DNA of 23,946 bases from Pseudobdellovibrionaceae bacterium (GTDB lineage Bacteria; Bdellovibrionota; Bdellovibrionia; Bdellovibrionales; Bdellovibrionaceae), in the NCBI GenBank assembly GCA_041288045.1, contig JBGGMM010000217.1, positions 1-23,946 of the forward strand. The letters run 5' to 3'. This document shows, in pieces, positions 15,158 to 22,823 of the stretch. The notes beneath the pieces were generated by a model, which had not been told where the DNA came from, did not search any database, and saw only the letters and a list, made by a program, of their open reading frames with translations. The position numbers were made by a program, and so were the translations under genes. Each line of letters begins with the position of its first letter. The first letter of the stretch is position 1.

Positions 15158-17656
15158 ATGCTTCAAACAGAGTCCATCGGACAGGGCTTTATCAACGAAA
15201 ACGACGACACTCAACCACATGTCATGCGAGTGCGAAAGCGCGATGGCTCACTAGAGGCCGTGGACGTCACAAAGATCGTCGAGCGCGTGACAGGTTGCTG
15301 TTACGGCATCGCTCACGTCGACCCGCTCCGAGTGGCGACAAAGGCCATCAGCGGCCTTTATGATGGAGCCACCACCAAAGAGCTCGACAATCTGTGTATC
15401 CAAACAGCTTCTCTTTTGATTGGCGAAGATCCTGAATATTCGCGTCTCGCGGCGCGACTGTTGGCGATTTACATTGATGAAGAGGTTCGATCACAAAAAA
15501 TCCAATCTTTTGCCGACAGCGTAACTTTCGGTTACAACTCTGGCCTTATCGGCGAAAGCACTTACAAGTTCGTCGAGAAAAACCGAGCCGCTCTCAGCGC
15601 TGCCATTGAGCCTTTCCGCACGGATCGTTTCGAATACTTCGGTCTTCGCACCATCTATGATCGCTATTTGCTGAAAAATCCAAAAACCCGTCAAGTTTTG
15701 GAAACTCCTCAGTATTTTTTCATGCGAGTGGCCTGCGGCCTTGCTCAATCAGTGGAAGAAGCGGTCGAGTTTTACCGCCTGATCTCTTCACATGATTATT
15801 TGGCCTCCACTCCCACACTTTTTAATTCAGGAACTTTACGTCCGCAGATGTCTTCTTGCTATCTGTGCGATTCGCCTGAAGATGACTTGCGATCCATTTA
15901 CGAAAAATACATGGACATCGCGCTTCTGTCGAAATTTGCTGGCGGCATTGGTGTCGCTTACCACCGCGTTCGCGCTCGTGGCTCTTTGATCAAAGGCACC
16001 AACGGACATTCCAACGGAGTGATCCCTTGGCTGAAAACCATGGACAGCTCGGTTGCTGCCGTCAATCAAGGCGGAAAGCGCAAAGGCGCGGCTTGCATTT
16101 ACCTTGAAACTTGGCACGCCGACATTGAAGAATTCCTAGAGCTTCGTGAAAACACGGGCGATGAGGCCAAACGCACTCACAACCTGAATTTGGCCAATTG
16201 GGTGCCTGATCTTTTTATGAAACGAGTGGAAAAAGATGAGGTGTGGTCTCTTTTTGACCCAAGACAGGTTCCTCACTTGGTCGATCTCTACGGCGATGAA
16301 TTTGAAAAAGCCTACTTGCAAGCCGAAGAGCAAAAGCTTTTCATGAAGCAAATCAATGCTCGCGAGCTCTACAGCCGCATGATGAAAACCTTGGCTCAAA
16401 CTGGAAATGGCTGGATGACTTTTAAGGATGCTTCCAATCTGAAATCCAATCAGACAGGGCTTCCACAGAATGTCATTCACCTCTCCAATCTCTGCACTGA
16501 GATTTTAGAAGTGACTTCCAACAATGAAACGGCTGTTTGCAACCTCGGTTCCGTGAATCTAGGTAGACACATCGTCAATGGCCAGTTTGATTTTGAGAAA
16601 TTGGCAAAGACAGTTCGCACTGCCGTCAAATATTTGGACCGAGTGATTGATATCAATTTCTACCCGATTCCAACAGCCCAAACCTCGAACAATCGCTGGA
16701 GACCTGTGGGCTTAGGTCTCATGGGACTTCAAGACGCTTTCTTTCAGCTGAAGCTTCCTTTTGATTCACCTGAAGCCAGGGAACTTTCAAGAAAGATTCA
16801 AGAAGAGATCTATTACAATGCGCTCGTGATCTCTAATGAGCTTTCTGAAAAGCAGGGCCCTCACCCTTCTTTCAGTGAAACCAAAGCAGCTCAGGGGATT
16901 TTGCAATTTGATTTATGGGGAACTCAACCCTCAGACTCCAAGCGCTGGAATGCGCTTCGCGAGAAAATCAAAAAGCATGGCCTGAGAAATTCACTGATGA
17001 TCGCGATTGCACCAACAGCGACAATTGCCTCTATCGTCGGCTGCTATGAAGCCACAGAGCCGCAGGTGTCGAATCTGTTTAAGCGCGAGACTTTGTCAGG
17101 GGAATTCATGCAGGTGAACAAGTACCTGGTGACTGAACTGAAGGCCTTGGGACTTTGGAATGATGAAGTTCGCAATGAAATTAAATTGGCTGAAGGCTCG
17201 ATTCAAAATATCGACGTCATCCCAACTTCACTGAAAGAAATTTTCCGCACAGTGTGGGAAGTTCCTATGAAGTCTTTGGTGGACATGGCAGCCGATCGCG
17301 GTGCTTACATCGATCAAAGTCAAAGCTTGAATCTTTTCATGGAATCTCCAACAATTGGAAAGCTGTCAAGCATGTACATGTATGCCTGGAAACGCGGGAT
17401 TAAGACCACTTACTATCTGCGCTCTCGTCCAGCCACATCCATTGCCAAGACAACAGTGAAGAAATCCACACAGGGAACGGGAGTGCAATCACCGAGTCCA
17501 AGCGTGGCCGTAGGAGAAGAATTCGCCGGTGCCGAAACAGCAGCAACTGCAGTGACTGCTGCAGCCGCTGAGGCAGAAGCGAAAAAAACCTACACAGATT
17601 CAGAAGTGATTGCTTGTTCTTTGGAAAATCCTGAAGCCTGCGAGGCCTGCCAATGA
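15158..17656 (+). CDS. nrdA: Class Ia ribonucleoside-diphosphate reductase alpha subunit with ATP-cone
   Basis: ATP-cone VRKRDG...KIVERV, STPTLFNSG, QMSSCYL, NQGGKRKGA, SNLCTEI (thiyl Cys), AVCNLGS, IAPTATIA, KTTYYLR and C-terminal CEAC. SD GAGGGG. Confidence 0.97.
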   Translation: MLQTESIGQGFINENDDTQPHVMRVRKRDGSLEAVDVTKIVERVTGCCYGIAHVDPLRVATKAISGLYDGATTKELDNLCIQTASLLIGEDPEYSRLAARLLAIYIDEEVRSQKIQSFADSVTFGYNSGLIGESTYKFVEKNRAALSAAIEPFRTDRFEYFGLRTIYDRYLLKNPKTRQVLETPQYFFMRVACGLAQSVEEAVEFYRLISSHDYLASTPTLFNSGTLRPQMSSCYLCDSPEDDLRSIYEKYMDIALLSKFAGGIGVAYHRVRARGSLIKGTNGHSNGVIPWLKTMDSSVAAVNQGGKRKGAACIYLETWHADIEEFLELRENTGDEAKRTHNLNLANWVPDLFMKRVEKDEVWSLFDPRQVPHLVDLYGDEFEKAYLQAEEQKLFMKQINARELYSRMMKTLAQTGNGWMTFKDASNLKSNQTGLPQNVIHLSNLCTEILEVTSNNETAVCNLGSVNLGRHIVNGQFDFEKLAKTVRTAVKYLDRVIDINFYPIPTAQTSNNRWRPVGLGLMGLQDAFFQLKLPFDSPEARELSRKIQEEIYYNALVISNELSEKQGPHPSFSETKAAQGILQFDLWGTQPSDSKRWNALREKIKKHGLRNSLMIAIAPTATIASIVGCYEATEPQVSNLFKRETLSGEFMQVNKYLVTELKALGLWNDEVRNEIKLAEGSIQNIDVIPTSLKEIFRTVWEVPMKSLVDMAADRGAYIDQSQSLNLFMESPTIGKLSSMYMYAWKRGIKTTYYLRSRPATSIAKTTVKKSTQGTGVQSPSPSVAVGEEFAGAETAATAVTAAAAEAEAKKTYTDSEVIACSLENPEACEACQ

Positions 17657-18651
17657 TTCTTGATCCTGGATTCAACCTGACTTTGCGACCAATGAAGTAC
17701 CCGATTTTTTACGAAATGTACAAAAACGGGATCAAGAACACCTGGACCGTGGATGAAGTCGACTTTTCCACGGATCTGGTAGATCTCCATCAAAAAATGA
17801 CTCCGGCAGAAAAGCATTTGATTGGCCGTCTGGTGGCTTTTTTTGCCACTGGCGATTCGATTGTCGGCAACAACTTGGTGCTCAATCTTTACAAGCATAT
17901 CAACTCTCCAGAAGCGCGGCTTTATCTTTCTCGCCAGCTTTATGAAGAGGCTTTGCATGTGCAATTTTATCTGACACTTTTGGACACTTACATTCCAAGT
18001 CCAGATGAAAGAGCCAAGGCTTTCGCCGCCATCGACAACATCCCTTCCATTCAGAAAAAAGCACAGTTTTGCTTTAAATGGATTGATTCCATCAATCAGC
18101 TAGACACTTTGGAAAGCAAAGAAGACCGCAGAAAATTTCTGATGAATCTGATCTGCTTTGCAAGCTGCATTGAAGGTCTGTTTTTCTTTGCCGCTTTTGC
18201 CTATGTGTATTTCTTAAGATCTAAAGGACTTCTGGCCGGACTTGCGTCGGGAACCAATTGGGTTTTCCGAGATGAGAGCATGCACATTGCTTTTGCCAAC
18301 GAAGTGATCAGCACTGTTCGAAAAGAAGAACCTGATCTTTTCAATGAGCAAATGAATGAAATGATCATTCAAATGCTAGAAGATGCCATTGACTGTGAAA
18401 TGGCTTTTGCGAAAGACATTTTGGATCATGGAGTGGCAGGGCTCTCATTGAAAGACATGCGTCAGTATTTGGAATTTGTCGCCGATCAAAGACTGGAAGC
18501 TTTGCACATCCCGCCTCGCTACAATGTGAAAAATCCATTTTCATTTATGGAACTTCAGGACATGCAGGAATTGGCGAACTTTTTTGAACGCCGGGTTTCT
18601 GCTTATCAGGTTGGCGTCACGGGAGCTGTTGCCTTCGACGAAGCTTTCTAA
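17653..18651 (+). CDS. nrdB: Class Ia ribonucleotide reductase beta subunit
   Basis: Di-metal ligands FFATGD, EEALH, IEGLFF and RDESMH; radical Tyr in EALHVQFY; NFFERRVSAY. ATGA overlap with nrdA. Confidence 0.96.
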   Translation: MILDPGFNLTLRPMKYPIFYEMYKNGIKNTWTVDEVDFSTDLVDLHQKMTPAEKHLIGRLVAFFATGDSIVGNNLVLNLYKHINSPEARLYLSRQLYEEALHVQFYLTLLDTYIPSPDERAKAFAAIDNIPSIQKKAQFCFKWIDSINQLDTLESKEDRRKFLMNLICFASCIEGLFFFAAFAYVYFLRSKGLLAGLASGTNWVFRDESMHIAFANEVISTVRKEEPDLFNEQMNEMIIQMLEDAIDCEMAFAKDILDHGVAGLSLKDMRQYLEFVADQRLEALHIPPRYNVKNPFSFMELQDMQELANFFERRVSAYQVGVTGAVAFDEAF

Positions 18652-18683
18652 AAAAATTCCAGCTCAAAAGGAGTCAGGTCGCT

Positions 18684-19358
18684 TTGAGAAAAATGTGGAT
18701 TCTCCTCATTCTCACACTGGCTCTTTGCTTTGGCATTGGCTTTGGAATTGGAGCCTATCCACAATTTTTGCGCTCTTTACGTGGGGAAAAGCCGGATTAT
18801 TTGGTGCTTCTGACTTCAGATACCAAGCTCATTCCGCTGAAACTCCTTTTAGCCTATGAAAAAGCCACAGGCCACACCGTGCAGCTCAAAGAGATCAGCA
18901 CTTATCACTTGTTTCGAACAGAGGCAGCCTCGGCCGATCTGCTCTTTGCTCCCCTGCCCTGGCTCAATCAATTTCAGACAATCCTTGAGCCGCTTCCGCA
19001 TTTAAACGAGCTTCAAAGTCTTTTATCCACTGATTTTATTTCTTTAAAATTGGAGCTGAATTTTTTTCTTCCAGTTCTTTGGAAAACCGCGATCATCGAT
19101 GAAAGATCGCATCTTCTTATTTGGGGTTTTGCCACTTCCAATGAAGATCAAAAAGAAGTTTTGGATTTTCTCAACTTTATTCTCACCAGCCCCAATCAGC
19201 TCAGGGACTGGTCGGCAGCACTCCCAGAAATGTCATTCACTTTGGATCTCACCAATCAAATTGAAAGCATTCCTGAATCTCAGAGAGCCGATCAGTTTCG
19301 CAACGTCTCTCTCCCTGGATTGATCATTGATCAGCGAGTGAAAGAGGATTCACAGTAA
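18684..19358 (+). CDS. Membrane-anchored hypothetical protein, weakly similar to extracellular solute-binding (PotD-like) proteins
   Basis: N-terminal hydrophobic helix. AYEKATGHTV, ADLLFAP and EVLDFLNFILTS recall SBP motifs, but the protein is short (224 aa). TTG start with AAGGAG 10 nt upstream, or ATG 18693. Confidence 0.7.
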   Translation: MRKMWILLILTLALCFGIGFGIGAYPQFLRSLRGEKPDYLVLLTSDTKLIPLKLLLAYEKATGHTVQLKEISTYHLFRTEAASADLLFAPLPWLNQFQTILEPLPHLNELQSLLSTDFISLKLELNFFLPVLWKTAIIDERSHLLIWGFATSNEDQKEVLDFLNFILTSPNQLRDWSAALPEMSFTLDLTNQIESIPESQRADQFRNVSLPGLIIDQRVKEDSQ

Positions 19359-19362
19359 AATT

Positions 19363-19926
19363 TCAAGGGCAAGCGTTCACGGACCAGGCGATCTGGAAGA
19401 ACCGATCAAAGGCAGCTTTGGGATCTCTGGTTTCTTTGCCAGATGAATCCACTGTGACCAATTGGCCGAGAAGCCGGTAAGTGCTTTGGGATTGACCCCG
19501 GTAAGCCGAGCAGGCCAAGGGAAGATGAATCGAATATCTTCCATGTTCACATTTAAATTGCTTCGCAATGTAACAAGATTCAGCCCAAGGGCCTTTTTCT
19601 GGGCAAGTGTTATCCTGAGGTGCCATTTTCACTGGAATTCTTTGATTGGCTTGATCCTGAAGACGAATCTCAATGTAATGTGGTGTCGTCAGACCCACAT
19701 TGCATTCACCCCCCACAGAGAGGGTCATATCGGTTTCAAGCAAATCCAAAATCCCGATGGGAGAATCCAATTTCACTTGCGAGGGAGAAGACGAAGAAGA
19801 GTCTGTTAATGCCGAATTGAATTCAAATGGACTTGGATCCGAATAAGTGGAGCAGTTCTGGTATTGCAGAACACAAAGAATCGACAGAGCTGCGATTGTG
19901 ATCCAGGTTTTCATAGGTATCTTCAT
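19363..19926 (-). CDS. Secreted or lipid-anchored Cys-rich hypothetical protein (YQNC signal motif)
   Basis: Basic N-region, hydrophobic H-region, then QYQNC (Cys codon 19854-19852), with six further Cys downstream. Start is ATG 19926 or 19914, since GTG 19959 falls inside the predicted promoter. Confidence 0.8.
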   Translation of the reverse strand: MKIPMKTWITIAALSILCVLQYQNCSTYSDPSPFEFNSALTDSSSSSPSQVKLDSPIGILDLLETDMTLSVGGECNVGLTTPHYIEIRLQDQANQRIPVKMAPQDNTCPEKGPWAESCYIAKQFKCEHGRYSIHLPLACSAYRGQSQSTYRLLGQLVTVDSSGKETRDPKAAFDRFFQIAWSVNACP

Positions 19927-19936
19927 CACATCTCTC

Positions 19937-19963
19937 TTATCGGAAAAAAAGCGTCTCACTTAA
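19937..19963 (-). promoter_or_regulatory. Sigma28 (FliA)-type promoter
   Basis: The minus strand reads TTAAG (19963-19959), N14, TCCGATAA (19944-19937), compared with the consensus TAAAG-N14-GCCGATAA. Confidence 0.7.
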
Positions 19964-19980
19964 GGACAAAGATCGGGTTT

Positions 19981-20907
19981 TTAGCTTTGTCTCATTTTGA
20001 GACGAAGCCAACAATGTCTGCATTTTTCCATGAATTTTAAAAGGCTCTCCTCCGAGAGAAAGAGAATGTAAGGCGAGACCATCAGAAGCGCAAAACTCCA
20101 GAGCGCCATAAAAATTCCGATTCCGGCATGAAAAAGGACACCGGCCATCAGCAGATACTTCCGCAAAGACTGCACCCAAACCAGAACCGGAAAATACAAT
20201 TCAAAAAGAAGCGTTGAAAAACTAAGAAAGACAATCAACAGAGGAAAATGACGGGTCCACGTGAAATCCCCAATCACCATTTGAGAATTGGCAAGCACAC
20301 TCCAAATCGCGGTGCCATCCCACCAAGTGCTCCCTTTGAGCTTTTCCATTCCCGAATAGACATAAACCAAACACAGTTGAATCTGAATCATTCGATAAAA
20401 GACAGAAGTCAGCAAATCTCCTGAAAGCTCTGATTTTTGCCGTTTCTTTCTCCACCAGTGGCGGAATGACAGGCGCGCATCTGACTGTGTGAATGCCAAA
20501 TAAAAAAGAAAAAGACTTCCGATTTGATCCGCACCAAATGCCACTCCGTAATTTCGATACAAAAAAGCCAATTGAAAAAAAGTCGCAATAAAACCCAGCC
20601 ATCGACTGAACACACCAAAAGCCATGAGAAATAAAATAAGAACAAAAACCGCATGAATAGCAAACACCCAGGAATCCGGCCAAAAACTATAAACTGCAAA
20701 TGGCCTATAGCTCTCTGGCAGCACCTTGAGCGCAAGATCTTTGGGCAAAATCCCTGCATCAGTGTAAAAGAGCTCGACATCCATCTGCCGCCCCAAATAC
20801 ATCGAGGCCATCGTGAAGCAGAAAAGAATCCGAAAGGCAGCCAAATTGAAAAGCGGAACAGGATCAAACCAGAACTGATTCCATTTTTGCCAAAGTGACC
20901 GAATCAT
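19981..20907 (-). CDS. HTTM-domain membrane protein (SdpB / vitamin K-dependent carboxylase-like)
   Basis: WNQFWFDP...LAAFRI, RNYGVAFGADQI, IQIQLCLVYVYSGMEKLKGSTWWDGTA, TLLFEL and GVLFHAGI. Multiple TM helices; ATGA-coupled to the upstream gene. Confidence 0.88.
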   Translation of the reverse strand: MIRSLWQKWNQFWFDPVPLFNLAAFRILFCFTMASMYLGRQMDVELFYTDAGILPKDLALKVLPESYRPFAVYSFWPDSWVFAIHAVFVLILFLMAFGVFSRWLGFIATFFQLAFLYRNYGVAFGADQIGSLFLFYLAFTQSDARLSFRHWWRKKRQKSELSGDLLTSVFYRMIQIQLCLVYVYSGMEKLKGSTWWDGTAIWSVLANSQMVIGDFTWTRHFPLLIVFLSFSTLLFELYFPVLVWVQSLRKYLLMAGVLFHAGIGIFMALWSFALLMVSPYILFLSEESLLKFMEKCRHCWLRLKMRQS

Positions 20908-21449
20908 AGCGCCATCTCATCAGGCTCTTCGCCACAGACATGGGTGTACTCCATCATTTTGGCTTCACGTCTTTCTCCCATTTCAGTCAAATGGGAAATA
21001 TCCAAATTTGGAATGGGCTCTAGAATATTTTCGATGTGGATGGAGGCAGCGCCCGAATGAATCCGACAAAGATAGGGACCTAAAAGAATTTTCATTCGTC
21101 TTTCATCTAAAATCAAAAATCGCATGGCATAAAGAAATCTTCGTTGGGAAGTATCAACGACGATTTTTTCTTTTTCTGGCGGAATGTAGCCTTCGACTGG
21201 GTCTGCGTTTTCTTCATCAAAATGCGCATAATAATGAATGTACATCGTATGGGCTGGGTCTGGGGCAAAAAAATTCCAGTTCACAGTGAGCCCAATGGCA
21301 TTTCCATAGGGGGATATCCAAGGCCAAAAAGTTCTCGCTAAATAGGAGCTTCCGTTGGCCAGAGTCGCCATTGAGAAAACATGAAAAAGAATAAAAAAAC
21401 TAAGCAGAATGCGAAGCCAGAACGAGGGGGGTTTTGACAGCTTAGAGAT
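20904..21449 (-). CDS. SdpA / DUF5819-like membrane-anchored protein
   Basis: PYGNAIGLTVNWNFFAPDP motif and a CR motif. The frame stays open upstream of ATG 21371 and encodes a TM helix, WLRILLSFFILFHVFS. There is no ATG/GTG/TTG back to the TGA at 21491-21489. ATC 21449 lies 6 nt after GGAG; CTG 21440 is an alternative. Confidence 0.75.
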   Translation of the reverse strand: MSKLSKPPSFWLRILLSFFILFHVFSMATLANGSSYLARTFWPWISPYGNAIGLTVNWNFFAPDPAHTMYIHYYAHFDEENADPVEGYIPPEKEKIVVDTSQRRFLYAMRFLILDERRMKILLGPYLCRIHSGAASIHIENILEPIPNLDISHLTEMGERREAKMMEYTHVCGEEPDEMAL

Positions 21450-22809
21450 TGGCCTCTCCGGAGCTGTGTTCTTCTTCCGTTTCCACCATCACTTGCTTTT
21501 CTTCCTGAAGGGCTTCTTTGGCCTCTTCAGCTTGGACAGAGGCTGTCTCACCAGCCATCAAAGCTTCATCGTACTTGCTCAACCAATTGCGATCACGAGT
21601 CGACACTTCTTCACCCAGAGCCAGTGCTTCACGCAGGTTCTGAGCTTTTTCAGCATCGCGCTTTTGTTGCTGCCTGAGCTTTTCTTGCACAAAGAAATCA
21701 GAGCTGGTGTTAATTGCACCCAATTGATCTGAAATCTTGGTCAGCTCTTCTTCACCTTCTGAATAACTAGTGCCAATTGTTTGCGACATTGAATCTGTCA
21801 CCTGACTGAGCGTGGGCTTAGCCTCTTCCTCGGTCATTCCCTCTGGCAAAAGCTCATCAATTTGAGAAAGAGTGGGCAGTTCCTTGAGATTGCGAAGTCC
21901 GAAAATTTCTAAAAACTTTTTCGTCGTCGCATAGAGCATGGGTTTTCCGGGAAGATCGCTCTTTCCTTCAAAATTCACCAGGCCTTTTTCCATCAGAGCT
22001 CGGAGCAAATGCCCGCTTTCAACTCCACGGATTTCATCGATCTCGTGCTTAATCAGTGGCTGCTTGTAAGCCACAATTGCTAGCACTTCAAGCGCCGGTC
22101 CAGAAAGTTTGAACTGACGAGCTTTCAAAGTCCGAGTCAGAAATTGAAGATTATCGACCTTGGTGCGAATTTGATAGCCACCAGGAACCTCTTCTAAAGA
22201 AACTCCTCGACGAGCCCCCGCCAACTCCACAGCCAATCGGTCCAGAGCTTTGCGAATGCGATCACCTTTGATATTCGTCCCTTTAAAAACCAATTTCAAA
22301 GAGGCTAAGCTAACGGGGCGATCAGAAGCAAAAAGCACACTCTCAAGAATCGAATCCAATCTCTCTTCTTCGACAAATTCGATGTCTTCAATTTCAGCGG
22401 ACTCAAAAGCATCCAGCTCTGTGCCTTCGACGGATTCAACATCAGGCAAAGCTTCGGCATCAACGGCTTCTTCGTCAGTGGCTTCGGGCAAAAAGGACAC
22501 TGGCTCTTCTTCCGTGAAAATTCCTGTGCTGGCGAATTCAGAAAGCTCATTTTCCGCTTCATCGGAAGTTTCAGCATCAAATGCCATTTCAGATTCATCA
22601 GATTCAATGAATGACAAGTCTTCTTCGGGGTCAGCTTCAGAAGCGACGGCAACATCTGGAGGAGCAGGAGTTGGGGATTGCACTTCTTTTTCCTGCTCAA
22701 TCAAAGCCTTGAAAGCAGCAAATGCGGAAAGAGAATTTTCTTTCACAGAGGCGATCTCGTCACCGCCATTGCCAGTTGTATTTTCATCAGTCTTTTTTCT
22801 TTTTGCCAT
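21442..22809 (-). CDS. scpB: SMC-Scp complex subunit ScpB with long acidic N- and C-terminal extensions
   Basis: LESVLFASDRPVS, GGYQIRT, LSGPALEVLAIVAYKQP, IDEIRGV and PGKPMLYATTKKFLEIFGLRNLKELP. SD GAGGGG. Confidence 0.95.
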   Translation of the reverse strand: MAKRKKTDENTTGNGGDEIASVKENSLSAFAAFKALIEQEKEVQSPTPAPPDVAVASEADPEEDLSFIESDESEMAFDAETSDEAENELSEFASTGIFTEEEPVSFLPEATDEEAVDAEALPDVESVEGTELDAFESAEIEDIEFVEEERLDSILESVLFASDRPVSLASLKLVFKGTNIKGDRIRKALDRLAVELAGARRGVSLEEVPGGYQIRTKVDNLQFLTRTLKARQFKLSGPALEVLAIVAYKQPLIKHEIDEIRGVESGHLLRALMEKGLVNFEGKSDLPGKPMLYATTKKFLEIFGLRNLKELPTLSQIDELLPEGMTEEEAKPTLSQVTDSMSQTIGTSYSEGEEELTKISDQLGAINTSSDFFVQEKLRQQQKRDAEKAQNLREALALGEEVSTRDRNWLSKYDEALMAGETASVQAEEAKEALQEEKQVMVETEEEHSSGEANL

Positions 22810-22823
22810 ATCCCCTCACTCGA

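Noticed and set aside
15158..18651. Intein or intron in nrdA/nrdB, or phage origin of the RNR
   Set aside because: The motifs are contiguous and the lengths are normal. NrdR boxes and core flanking genes indicate the host enzyme.
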